Source of the DNA: a virus
Length of the DNA stretch: 64,000 nt
IMG/VR virus record: IMGVR_UViG_3300008952_000004
Span: 125,714-189,713 of that record
Strand: one strand, 5' to 3'
The position numbers were made by a program, and so were the translations under genes. Positions 36,013 through 44,692 of the stretch are shown piece by piece. The first letter of the stretch is position 1. Every line of letters starts with the position of its first letter. The notes under the pieces were generated by a model that was given only the letters and a program-made list of their open reading frames with translations, did no database searches and had not been told where the DNA came from.

Positions 36013-36234
36013 GTGAATGTGCGGAAAACAATCATAGCCGGTAAGCTGGTAGAAGTGAGGAACACTTACACAGGCGACAGTCCTTGGGTCGTGGAGCTTT
36101 ACGCCAAGCGTATACCTGTTCTTGTCGTTCAGACCAGCATTGGCGTTGATAACACCACAGAACACTGCGCGGTTTTGTATCAAGGACGTCCGCGTTTTAT
36201 CAAGAAGGATAGGCTGAAAGTGGTGTCTGATTGA
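36013..36234 (+). CDS. Small beta-rich hypothetical protein
   Basis: AAGGAG SD; ends LKVVSD. Confidence 0.55.
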   Translation: MNVRKTIIAGKLVEVRNTYTGDSPWVVELYAKRIPVLVVQTSIGVDNTTEHCAVLYQGRPRFIKKDRLKVVSD

Positions 36235-36437
36235 AAATTGGCGACCTAATTAGAATAAAAGAATATGGCAGCAGGTTTGCGCCGAATGGTACAGTGGGGA
36301 TAATCATTAAGAAGTTACCCAAGTGGAACCCTCATCATCTTTATCACCAGTGTTATGAGGTACGCTTTAACAATGGGCATATCGGTCGGCATGCTCATTT
36401 CTGCCTGGAGATAGTCAGTGAAGGTTTTCAGAAATGA
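36231..36437 (+). CDS. SH3/KOW-like small protein (MKVGDLV family)
   Basis: MKIGDLIRI..GIII..YEVRF..LEIVSE. Confidence 0.7.
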   Translation: MKIGDLIRIKEYGSRFAPNGTVGIIIKKLPKWNPHHLYHQCYEVRFNNGHIGRHAHFCLEIVSEGFQK

Positions 36438-37719
36438 TGAATTTTGGAGAAAGATCCCATTGTGGGCTGATGTGGATTATAAAACTTTTATCGACCATCG
36501 CTGGCAAGAAAAGAATGCAATAACGAATCATAAAAAACTTTTAAACACAATTCAGGACTTGGTTAGTACAGACTTTTTAGAGGATGCCAAAGAAGGATTA
36601 CTCAGGGCGCCAATGGCAACACGTATCACTCCCTATCTTCTTTCTTTAATGAATTGGGATAGTCCAGCGGAGTGTCCCATAAGAAAACAATTTCTAACCC
36701 TTGCATCACATCTTCAACCTGACCATCCAATGTTAAGATTTGATAGTCTAAATGAACAGAAGGATTCACCAGTAAAAGGATTGACCCATCGCTACGAAGA
36801 CAAAGTTTTATTTCTTGCTCTCGATACATGTCCTGTGTATTGTCGTTACTGCACTCGTGCTTACGCAGTTGGTAACAGCACGGCAGCAGCAGAAAAAGTG
36901 TCTATCAAAGCCTCTAGAGACAGATGGGGAGACATATTCGAATACTTGCGTATCCACAAAGAAGTAAGGGATGTCGTGATATCTGGTGGAGATTCGTTTC
37001 GCTTGAAGGCTTCACAAATAAAAGAGTTGGGTGAAAACTTACTCAAGATAGAGCACATCAGGCGCTTCCGTTTCGCGACTAAAGGCTTGGCAATTATGCC
37101 TATGAAAATTTTAACTGACAACGACTGGACAGATGCAGTCTGCGACATTGTTGATAAAGCTAGGCAACAATATAAAGAGGTTTGTATACATACACACTTC
37201 AACCACTCAACCGAAATAACTGAGATCACTCAAGACGCTATGAATCTTTTGTTTTCTAGAGGGGTAAAAGTTCGTAACCAGTCAGTTTTTCAAAATGGGG
37301 TTAACGATACAGTGGAGAGTATGGTATCCTTGGTTAAGGACTTGAGTCATATTAATGTACAACCGTACTATGTGTATGTGCATGACTTGACAGGAGGCAC
37401 TGAGGATATGAGAACGTCAGTTCAAACGGCAATCAAGGTGGAGAAGTCGGTGCGAGGTGTTACCGCAGGGTTTAATACACCGCTGTTTGTTGTCGACGCC
37501 CCTGGTGGTGGTGGGAAAAGAGACGCCCATTCGTATGAGTGGTACGATAAGTATAGTGGGATTAGTGTTTGGGAGGCTCCAATGGTTAAGCCCGATCAGA
37601 AATTTTTATACTTTGATCCCTTGCATTCTTTGCAAGAAAATGCTAAGATGGCTTGGATGAATAAAACAACACGTGAGGATATGATTCAACACGCCTTACA
37701 GAGTCGGAGTTACGCATAA
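36418..37719 (+). CDS. kamA: KamA-family radical SAM protein (lysine 2,3-aminomutase-like)
   Basis: THRYEDKV, CPVYCRYCTR, VISGGD, HTHFNH, NQSV, PYYVY, DAPGGGGK (PLP lysine). Confidence 0.9.
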   Translation: MKVFRNDEFWRKIPLWADVDYKTFIDHRWQEKNAITNHKKLLNTIQDLVSTDFLEDAKEGLLRAPMATRITPYLLSLMNWDSPAECPIRKQFLTLASHLQPDHPMLRFDSLNEQKDSPVKGLTHRYEDKVLFLALDTCPVYCRYCTRAYAVGNSTAAAEKVSIKASRDRWGDIFEYLRIHKEVRDVVISGGDSFRLKASQIKELGENLLKIEHIRRFRFATKGLAIMPMKILTDNDWTDAVCDIVDKARQQYKEVCIHTHFNHSTEITEITQDAMNLLFSRGVKVRNQSVFQNGVNDTVESMVSLVKDLSHINVQPYYVYVHDLTGGTEDMRTSVQTAIKVEKSVRGVTAGFNTPLFVVDAPGGGGKRDAHSYEWYDKYSGISVWEAPMVKPDQKFLYFDPLHSLQENAKMAWMNKTTREDMIQHALQSRSYA

Positions 37720-37982
37720 TGAAAGTTGGAGATCTAGTTGTCGATGCAGATAAATCGCCATGGCGTCCAACCTCACCGGGGATCGTCCTCTCTGTCAAGA
37801 GGGAGAAGTTCGGCAAATCTTGGGTCTTGGTCGCTTGGTCATCATCTGACTCTCGTAATAGAAAAATTTTAAAATGTAAGAAGAACCAACTAGAAGTGGT
37901 TTCTAGTGGGAAAGAGGAGATAGAGGATGTTCAAAATTGGAGACTTGATTCGAACAGCCGATGGCGACAGACCCGAGGATGA
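37719..37982 (+). CDS. SH3/KOW-like small protein (MKVGDLV family)
   Basis: MKVGDLVV..GIVL..VLVAW..LEVVS. Confidence 0.65.
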   Translation: MKVGDLVVDADKSPWRPTSPGIVLSVKREKFGKSWVLVAWSSSDSRNRKILKCKKNQLEVVSSGKEEIEDVQNWRLDSNSRWRQTRG

Positions 37983-38115
37983 AGCAATTGCCCTAGTACT
38001 AAAAGTATATGGTGAAAACGATATAGAGGTGTGCTATTGCAGCGGTCCCTGTGACGGTGATATATCTAGAGAAGCTTCAGAGCATTTTGATTTGGTTAGC
38101 AGGACAAATTCATAA
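37927..38115 (+). CDS. SH3/KOW-like small protein (MKVGDLV family)
   Basis: MFKIGDLI..ALVLKV..FDLVS; GAGG SD. Confidence 0.65.
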   Translation: MFKIGDLIRTADGDRPEDEAIALVLKVYGENDIEVCYCSGPCDGDISREASEHFDLVSRTNS

Positions 38116-38116
38116 A

Positions 38117-38368
38117 ATGAAAACAGTTATTGTATTTGACACTGAAGATAAGAAGGGGATGGAGAATGCTTACCGAATGGTGCTTTCTTTGGCAAAAGAA
38201 TATATGGATCTCAGCCCTTCCAAAAAGATAGAGATTAGCCGTGCTCAACTTTTAAAAATCTTAAAAGATTTTGATGATTTGAACACAGACTTTAAACTAA
38301 AGCCTGCTTTAAAATTTGTTAATGACATCATGGAGAAGTATGGAATTTCAATGGTGGAGAAGAGTTGA
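38117..38368 (+). CDS. Hypothetical protein
   Basis: ATG 38117 follows the upstream stop. Confidence 0.55.
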   Translation: MKTVIVFDTEDKKGMENAYRMVLSLAKEYMDLSPSKKIEISRAQLLKILKDFDDLNTDFKLKPALKFVNDIMEKYGISMVEKS

Positions 38369-38547
38369 AAAGCCAACAAATAAAAAACCGTTGTATTAAC
38401 GCCGCTATCAAGGGCGCAAGCGCAAGCCTAGTTATAGTTGCAATGCCGATGTTGTTTACTGTTGGCTTGGTTGGATATGCCGCAGTGAAAGTATTTGAAA
38501 CAGGAGAAAAAACATGCCAGCTTGCGAGAAGAATTGTTGATAAATAA
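38365..38547 (+). CDS. Small membrane-associated hypothetical protein
   Basis: Central hydrophobic stretch. Confidence 0.45.
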   Translation: MKSQQIKNRCINAAIKGASASLVIVAMPMLFTVGLVGYAAVKVFETGEKTCQLARRIVDK

Positions 38548-38625
38548 AAAAGTTTCGAATTGATGAAAAGGGGGAAAAACGTTGCTTAGCAACATATTTA
38601 TTATAAGGATAAAAGGTGAATACTC

Positions 38626-40017
38626 ATGAGTGATGATACTCCAAAGTCTACTTTGTGCTGTTCTTTTTGCGGAAAGAGCAGGAAACAGGTTATGACGCTT
38701 ATTGCAGGTACCCGCGTTTATATTTGTGATGAATGTATTGACCTCTGTGCTGAGGTTGTGGAAGACGAGCGCGAGCGAAAAGATACGACTCATCAAAAGG
38801 AAGATTGGATACTTCCGACCCCTAAAGAAATATTTGACCAACTTGAAGAGTATGTTATTGGTCAAACTGAGGCTAAAAGATTATTATCTGTAGCCGTCTA
38901 TAATCATTATAAGCGCGCTGCAATCAACCACAAAGTGAAAGCTGCCGAACGAAAGAACAAAAAACGTCATAGAAAAAAGAAGGTTGACCCAAACCATATT
39001 GATCTAGAGAAGTCCAATATCCTTCTGCTGGGACCAACAGGTTCTGGTAAGACATTACTAGCAAAAACGCTAGCGAAGATCTTGAATGTTCCGTTTGCAA
39101 TTGCTGATGCGACGTCCTTGACCGAAGCGGGATATGTGGGCGAAGATGTTGAGAGTATTTTACATTATTTGGTTCAAAACGCAAACGATGATGTGTCTCG
39201 TGCAGAGCGCGGCATTGTCTACATCGATGAAATTGACAAGATAACTAGAAAGGGCGAAAATACCTCAACAACGCGAGATGTTTCAGGCGAAGGTGTACAG
39301 CAGGCTCTTCTTAAAATTATAGAGGGTACTGTTGCTAGCGTATCTCCGAAGGGCGGACGAAAGCATCCAAATGCAGAATCTATCAAAGTTGATACGAATA
39401 ATATTTTATTTATTTGCGGCGGTGCCTTTGGCGGAATTGAGGATCACGTTGCTGAGCGTTTTAAAGCAAAAGGTGGGCAGGCACTTGGCTTCCTCAAGGG
39501 AGAAGCTGAAGATGGACAGGAACAGATCAACATCAAAGATATTGATAAGGACAGAGTGTATGAATTGGTCGAGCCATCTGATTTGGTTTCCTATGGTCTA
39601 ATATCAGAGTTCATTGGGAGAATCCCTGTTTTAGCTCCGCTTGAAACACTCAGCGAAGAAGCGTTCTTAAAAATCTTAACCGAACCACGTGGCGCCATCA
39701 CGAAACAGTATCAAAAACTCTTCGAAATCGATGGTATAGAGTTGTCTTTTACAAAGGATGCACTTGCCGCCGTTGCAAAAGAGGCTATAAAGAGGGAAAC
39801 TGGTGCGCGTGGACTGCGGGCAATATTTGAATCAGCCATGGCAGATGTTATGTTTGATGCCCCAACAGATAAAGAAAATATTGAGAAAATAACCATTACA
39901 AAGGAGGTGATCACAGATAAGGCAGAGCCCGATATAATTTGTGTATCACCAGACCAGAACGATATGGGCGATATTGAATCAGACCCAGACGTCATCGTAG
40001 AAATTAAAAAAAGTTAA
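38626..40017 (+). CDS. clpX: ATP-dependent Clp protease ATPase subunit ClpX
   Basis: CSFCG..ICDEC zinc-binding domain, [36 protein letters not shown] loop, TGARGLR. Confidence 0.97.
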   Translation: MSDDTPKSTLCCSFCGKSRKQVMTLIAGTRVYICDECIDLCAEVVEDERERKDTTHQKEDWILPTPKEIFDQLEEYVIGQTEAKRLLSVAVYNHYKRAAINHKVKAAERKNKKRHRKKKVDPNHIDLEKSNILLLGPTGSGKTLLAKTLAKILNVPFAIADATSLTEAGYVGEDVESILHYLVQNANDDVSRAERGIVYIDEIDKITRKGENTSTTRDVSGEGVQQALLKIIEGTVASVSPKGGRKHPNAESIKVDTNNILFICGGAFGGIEDHVAERFKAKGGQALGFLKGEAEDGQEQINIKDIDKDRVYELVEPSDLVSYGLISEFIGRIPVLAPLETLSEEAFLKILTEPRGAITKQYQKLFEIDGIELSFTKDALAAVAKEAIKRETGARGLRAIFESAMADVMFDAPTDKENIEKITITKEVITDKAEPDIICVSPDQNDMGDIESDPDVIVEIKKS

Positions 40018-40075
40018 AAATCTACCCTATGGAGTATTTATAAGAGCTACTAGATAATAAAAGGAGTGGTTTAAA

Positions 40076-40261
40076 ATGAGCGTTACAGAGAAACTTCAAG
40101 CGATCATCGATAGTTTGACTGAGGCTATGACCGACGCAGCAAAGCACGAGAGGGGCAACAGTGCAGCAGCCACACGCCTACGCAAAGAGCTTCAAGCGAC
40201 CGTGCATGCCTGTCGTGATCTTCGCCAAGACATTCAAGACGAGCGTCACGCAAGAAAATAA
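40076..40261 (+). CDS. Histone H1-like Hc1-family nucleoid protein (short form)
   Basis: DAAKHERGNSAAATRLRKELQ matches the GNxAAxTRxRK signature. Confidence 0.7.
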   Translation: MSVTEKLQAIIDSLTEAMTDAAKHERGNSAAATRLRKELQATVHACRDLRQDIQDERHARK

Positions 40262-40275
40262 AATATATTTTTTTA

Positions 40276-40304
40276 TTGACAATTCATCCAAATTATGATG
40301 TAAT
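40276..40304 (+). promoter_or_regulatory. sigma70-like promoter
   Basis: TTGACA-N17-TGTAAT with TGn. Confidence 0.55.
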
Positions 40305-40310
40305 ATAGAC

Positions 40311-40502
40311 ATGATTGATGAAAGACTTTGTATTGGTGATTTGGTAGCCTGCAAGGGTTTCGGACCCAACGGTTCAGTCGGAGAGGTTGGTCTTATTGTT
40401 CGCCCCTTCGCCCGTATTGTGAAGTGCTGGGAAGTTTTGATTGCGGGTTGTATCCATGTGATTGCCCAAGATGGTTTGGAGTTGGTTGATGAAAGTCGGT
40501 GA
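40311..40502 (+). CDS. SH3/KOW-like small protein
   Basis: IGDLV..GLIV..LELVDESR. Confidence 0.6.
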   Translation: MIDERLCIGDLVACKGFGPNGSVGEVGLIVRPFARIVKCWEVLIAGCIHVIAQDGLELVDESR

Positions 40503-40662
40503 TTTAGTCAGACATAAAAGTACGAATGCCGTGGGCATTCTTATAGAGATTCTTGATTCATATTGGGATAATGTTTATAATATTCAATGGTTTGGAGCGA
40601 GATCGGGACATTATAATTCTCACTTCATTAGAGAGTTGGAGGTAATCAGTGAAAGTCGGTGA
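40489..40662 (+). CDS. SH3/KOW-like small protein (MKVGDLV family)
   Basis: MKVGDLVRH..GILIE..YNIQW..LEVISESR; 14-nt overlap with upstream gene. Confidence 0.75.
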   Translation: MKVGDLVRHKSTNAVGILIEILDSYWDNVYNIQWFGARSGHYNSHFIRELEVISESR

Positions 40663-40816
40663 TTTGGTTAAATGTGTTTGGTCTGGCTCTCTTGGTGTGG
40701 TGGTGGTCTTAAAGCCTCGCTCACCAGTACCCGGTTATTGGGTTGATTTTCTTAGCCAGCGCACTGGTACAGTTATGTTGATGGATTCCCGTGAATTAGA
40801 AGTGGTGAAGAAGTGA
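40649..40816 (+). CDS. SH3/KOW-like small protein (55 aa, absent from ORF track)
   Basis: MKVGDLVKCVWSGSLGVVVV..YWVDF..LEVVKK; GGAGG SD. Confidence 0.7.
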   Translation: MKVGDLVKCVWSGSLGVVVVLKPRSPVPGYWVDFLSQRTGTVMLMDSRELEVVKK

Positions 40817-41061
40817 CAAGTAGAGGTCGATGGGTCGATGTCGGCGATTTGGTGATTGTTAAAGTTGACCGCGCCAACAAGAAGGCTCCGTGGGTTGGAC
40901 TAGTAATAAAGATTGAAGAGATTCATGGTTCTAAGACGGTTTTTCTGAATTGGACTCCCGAAGATCCTCCCGGCTATCAACGCCAGTATGGACTTTTACG
41001 CACGAACATTCATAATATGTTTGGCAATTATGATATTGTGAAAAAAACAAAAATAATTTAA
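40813..41061 (+). CDS. SH3/KOW-like small protein
   Basis: VDVGDLV..GLVIKI. Confidence 0.6.
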   Translation: MTSRGRWVDVGDLVIVKVDRANKKAPWVGLVIKIEEIHGSKTVFLNWTPEDPPGYQRQYGLLRTNIHNMFGNYDIVKKTKII

Positions 41062-41119
41062 AAAGATGATCAGGATATTGTAAAATGAGTATCATAACCA
41101 GGGGAGTATTACTAAAGAA

Positions 41120-41689
41120 ATGGCGATAAACAAGGGAAGATTAGAGGTAGTATGCGGTCCTATGTTTTCTGGCAAGTCGGAAGAACTGCTTAGGAGACTT
41201 AAAAGAGCACAAATAGCCAAGCAACCTTTCCAGCTATTTAAGCCATCGATCGATGATCGTTATTCGGAGACACATGTCGTTTCACACTCTGGTATCGAAA
41301 TGAAATGCAGAGTTATTGAAGATGCGGAAGAACTTTTGTCGGTACCTAGAGACGTCCAGATTGTGGGGATCGACGAATGTCAGTTTCTAGGAGACAATAC
41401 ATCCAAGATAATTGAGGCTCTTGTGACGGACGGCAAGCGTGTCATCGTTGCAGGGCTTGACATGGATTCGAACGGTATACCGTTTGATCCAATGCCTGCT
41501 CTGTTAGCACGTGCTGAATCTGTCCTAAAAGTGGCTGCGGTGTGTGAGGTGTGTGGAGAGGACGCCACCCACACATACCGCCATAGTACAGTAGATGTGG
41601 GAGACAATGTTAACATTGGTCCCTCTGTGTTAGTCGGGGCATCCGACCACTATGAAGCGAGATGTAGAAAACACTGGCAGAGATGGTGA
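41120..41689 (+). CDS. tdk: Thymidine kinase (type II)
   Basis: GPMFSGKSEEL, FKPSIDDR, GIDECQF, AGLDMD, CEVC, YEARCRKH. Confidence 0.95.
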   Translation: MAINKGRLEVVCGPMFSGKSEELLRRLKRAQIAKQPFQLFKPSIDDRYSETHVVSHSGIEMKCRVIEDAEELLSVPRDVQIVGIDECQFLGDNTSKIIEALVTDGKRVIVAGLDMDSNGIPFDPMPALLARAESVLKVAAVCEVCGEDATHTYRHSTVDVGDNVNIGPSVLVGASDHYEARCRKHWQRW

Positions 41690-41901
41690 AAAGGGGTGAC
41701 TTAATATTATTTAATGGCGGTAAGTCGGGAAACATACTTTCCGGATTGGTACTTAAAGTTGAAACGTTTCCTTCTGATTGGCAAGGTAGAGATAGTTCGA
41801 CACAAGAATATGCCACGGTTCATTGGCAACAGACAGGAAAAACCACAATTATGCCAACTAATTATGAAGGTCTTCGAGTGCTGAGTGAAGCTCCGGTATG
41901 A
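41683..41901 (+). CDS. SH3/KOW-like small protein
   Basis: KRGDLI..GLVLKV..LRVLSEA. Confidence 0.65.
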   Translation: MVKRGDLILFNGGKSGNILSGLVLKVETFPSDWQGRDSSTQEYATVHWQQTGKTTIMPTNYEGLRVLSEAPV

Positions 41902-41931
41902 CCCCCAAAGGAAGCTTAAATGCTGGTGTAA

Positions 41932-42153
41932 TTGATAATGAGCAAGTTTAAGGTTGGTGATCTAGTGATGATCAAAAAAATGTATAGGGATTGCGGTCTG
42001 GATTGGAAGCCGAAACTTATAACCGCTGTATATGAAGACGATGACGGTTACCACTGGTATCGACTTCATACTGGTGTAGCCCATCCAGTTGCACACCATT
42101 GGGCGCAAGAATTTGAGTTAGGCTTGGTGACATCAAGCAAGGAGAAAAAATGA
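41932..42153 (+). CDS. SH3/KOW-like small protein
   Basis: FKVGDLVMI..LGLVTS. Confidence 0.6.
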   Translation: MIMSKFKVGDLVMIKKMYRDCGLDWKPKLITAVYEDDDGYHWYRLHTGVAHPVAHHWAQEFELGLVTSSKEKK

Positions 42154-42551
42154 AATTAACAGAGAACTTTTCCCTTTGGGAATTTAAATGTAGAGACGGC
42201 ACATCGGTGCCAGATGAGTGTATGGATAACGTACAAAAACTAGCGGATAACCTGCAAATTTTAAGAGATCTAATTGGCAAACCAATTCGTGTAATATCGG
42301 GCTATCGTTCACCAAAATACAATCGCCGCATCGGCGGAGCACGAAAAAGCCAGCACATGAAAGCCAAAGCGGCTGATATTAAGATTAAAGGAATGAGTCC
42401 GAAAGAGGTGAAAGACTTGATTGAAAGTCTTATCAAGCAGGGTAAGATGCACAAGGGCGGCATTGGGCTGTATAAAACCTTTACGCACTATGATATTCGC
42501 GGACGAAATACGCGCTGGTATGGTAAGGGGGTTAAGGATGACCGTCCATAA
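42150..42551 (+). CDS. Peptidase M15A (Zn D-Ala-D-Ala carboxypeptidase/endolysin-like)
   Basis: NFSLWEFKC, SGYRSPKYN..GGA..SQH...AADI, HYDIRG. Confidence 0.9.
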   Translation: MKLTENFSLWEFKCRDGTSVPDECMDNVQKLADNLQILRDLIGKPIRVISGYRSPKYNRRIGGARKSQHMKAKAADIKIKGMSPKEVKDLIESLIKQGKMHKGGIGLYKTFTHYDIRGRNTRWYGKGVKDDRP

Positions 42552-43431
42552 GCTTATATTTATATTTTTTCTGTGTATTGGCGCGACAGCAAGCCACGCA
42601 GCGGGTGTCACAACAGACCCCGGTACCTATAGTACAACAATTAAGAGAGTTAAAGCCTTTGTTTCAAGTGAGTCTAATCTTGAAGCATGGGTTTTCCAGT
42701 CCAAACATAATGGCTGGCGAGATATGCAACATAAAAATAAAAGAAGGGATAATGTTTTATTTTTACCAAAAGAGATCAACGCTCTCAATGATAACGATAT
42801 TACTTTGGTTGTTTGGTATCACGGACTCGGCGGTTTCAAGGAAAGCACCTTCAGGCGCAGTTGGTCACAGGCTAGAGAGGTGATGGCAGAGACGGAACAT
42901 ATCGTCGCACTGGTAGTGCCAGAAATGCCTTGGTCGGTCAATACAAAGACGCCTAGGGGCAGACAGGGAAGAATCTGGAGAGGTGTTGGAGAGGCTGGAG
43001 GCTTTATTAAAAACACTTTAAAAATATTAAGTAATGTTTCTGGGTTTGGCGGGAGAGTGAATATAATTGTGGTTGGGCATTCTGCCGGAGGATCTGCAAT
43101 TGCCTCGGCATCAACAGAAGGTAGCATATGTGAGCTTGTACCAAACATTATAACTACTGTTGTTTGGTCAGACGCCTCATACGGTAATTGGTTATTAAGA
43201 GCACATAATGGCTGCTTGGGAAAGCAGGCAAAGCTGGAGAACGTTGATATTAAGGTCGTGGTGAGAGAGTGGGATACACCACATAAAAAAGCAACTCGCT
43301 TTTTTAAACGGAAAGCACGCAGAGAGATATACGATTATCTGGTCCTTCCGCGAAGGAAATACACACATACTGGAATAGGAAACAATGTGTTGCTAATATT
43401 ACTTAGCGAACTTTTCCCACCTGGGTGTTAA
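42538..43431 (+). CDS. Secreted alpha/beta hydrolase-fold protein
   Basis: Signal peptide from ATG 42538; YHGLGG and GHSAGG nucleophile elbow. Confidence 0.7.
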   Translation: MTVHKLIFIFFLCIGATASHAAGVTTDPGTYSTTIKRVKAFVSSESNLEAWVFQSKHNGWRDMQHKNKRRDNVLFLPKEINALNDNDITLVVWYHGLGGFKESTFRRSWSQAREVMAETEHIVALVVPEMPWSVNTKTPRGRQGRIWRGVGEAGGFIKNTLKILSNVSGFGGRVNIIVVGHSAGGSAIASASTEGSICELVPNIITTVVWSDASYGNWLLRAHNGCLGKQAKLENVDIKVVVREWDTPHKKATRFFKRKARREIYDYLVLPRRKYTHTGIGNNVLLILLSELFPPGC

Positions 43432-43432
43432 T

Positions 43433-43843
43433 ATGAAAGAATTATTATTTATTGCAATACTAATAATATCATTCGCTCCAGCGTTATTTGAGGCGCCCCA
43501 CGACGCTCGCGCAGAGACAAGCAAGAGCGATCCGTACAATATTACTAGATACCTACATTACCCTGAAGGCGTTAAAAAAAGAGTAATTGCGATTATTAAA
43601 TTTGAGCCACGTGGTGAGTGGAAGTGGAACAAGAACTATCCATTTAAGTTTAAATTAAGTGAAGACACTCAGCATAAATTACTTGAAAAATATGTTGAAT
43701 ATAGTCAGAGAGGTGAGAAGAAGATTATAGTATCGCTGCACATTGAGTTGAACGGAGAGCTTCAACCGCTGACAGTTCTTGCATCTTGGGGGCTATGCAC
43801 CCCATCGACATGTCGGGTTTATAAAAAAGAAATTAAATTTTAA
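43433..43843 (+). CDS. Secreted beta-rich protein with C-terminal Cys pair (DsbD-N-like, tentative)
   Basis: Signal peptide; WKWNKNYPFK, GLCTPSTC. Confidence 0.5.
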   Translation: MKELLFIAILIISFAPALFEAPHDARAETSKSDPYNITRYLHYPEGVKKRVIAIIKFEPRGEWKWNKNYPFKFKLSEDTQHKLLEKYVEYSQRGEKKIIVSLHIELNGELQPLTVLASWGLCTPSTCRVYKKEIKF

Positions 43844-43851
43844 GAATTCCC

Positions 43852-43880
43852 TTGACAGTTAGCCGAATATATGTTTTAAT
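43852..43880 (+). promoter_or_regulatory. Early promoter (ATGT class)
   Basis: TTGACA-N17-TTTAAT, TGn, N4-ATGT. Confidence 0.7.
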
Positions 43881-43907
43881 GGATATGTAACAAAAAAGGT
43901 TAGTGTA

Positions 43908-44189
43908 ATGCTTCTTCAATTTTCAGATTATGAATTTGTACCAGATGATTCTGGTCGTGATTTACACGGAGATTTACTTGTGCCTATCTCTGCGCTATCG
44001 TCAGAACATGTACCGTGGCTTCTTGAGGTTCAGTACCCAGAAGGTTTAGTTGGTCGCTTTAAGTTGGCAGGGCGTACTTTTATTGACCGTCAATTTTTAG
44101 GTTGGTCTTATTGGGATGAGGATGACGACGGTGATGCCTGTGTTAATTTAATTCTTAAACCGTCGTTTCCATCTTTTTCAGGAGATTAG
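43908..44189 (+). CDS. Hypothetical protein, paralog of 35028-35348
   Basis: LQFSDYEFVP..LLVPISA..FLGWSYW..CVNLIL. Confidence 0.65.
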   Translation: MLLQFSDYEFVPDDSGRDLHGDLLVPISALSSEHVPWLLEVQYPEGLVGRFKLAGRTFIDRQFLGWSYWDEDDDGDACVNLILKPSFPSFSGD

Positions 44190-44200
44190 AGGAGAAAATT

Positions 44201-44692
44201 ATGTCACCAGAACAAGAATATCTTTCACTTTATAAAGCCATGGCTCAACTTTGTGAGAAGCAGGGCTGGGGCGATCCCTTTAGTTACGCGAGATCGAAGG
44301 AAATCCTTGCCGCAATCGCACTCGGACACAGCGTTGCTGATACTTTCAGTGGCGCGGATGCGTTTGACGAGAACGGAAAGCCTTGTGAGTATAAATCAAC
44401 AACCGGCAAATCTTGCAAGGGCGCATACACAGGCGTTTCAGTACAAGAGAATTGGGAAGCGCAAGAGAAATATCTGGTTGAAAAGAAGATTAAGCCTTAT
44501 CAACATTTTTACAATCGTTTCGAAAATGGTCAACTCGTCGAGGCGTGGACCATCCCCGGCAACGTGGTGCACGATCTTCTGCTTCCAAAGTTCAAGAAGA
44601 AGTTCAGCACAGTGCTCACTAAGAAAGATCCGCGCTTAAGCGCAAATATTACAAATACAGAAATCAAGAAATATGGAAAACAGGTGATTTAA
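44201..44692 (+). CDS. PD-(D/E)xK restriction endonuclease-like protein
   Basis: E-helix (RSKEILAA), GADA..CEYKST catalytic pattern. Confidence 0.6.
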   Translation: MSPEQEYLSLYKAMAQLCEKQGWGDPFSYARSKEILAAIALGHSVADTFSGADAFDENGKPCEYKSTTGKSCKGAYTGVSVQENWEAQEKYLVEKKIKPYQHFYNRFENGQLVEAWTIPGNVVHDLLLPKFKKKFSTVLTKKDPRLSANITNTEIKKYGKQVI

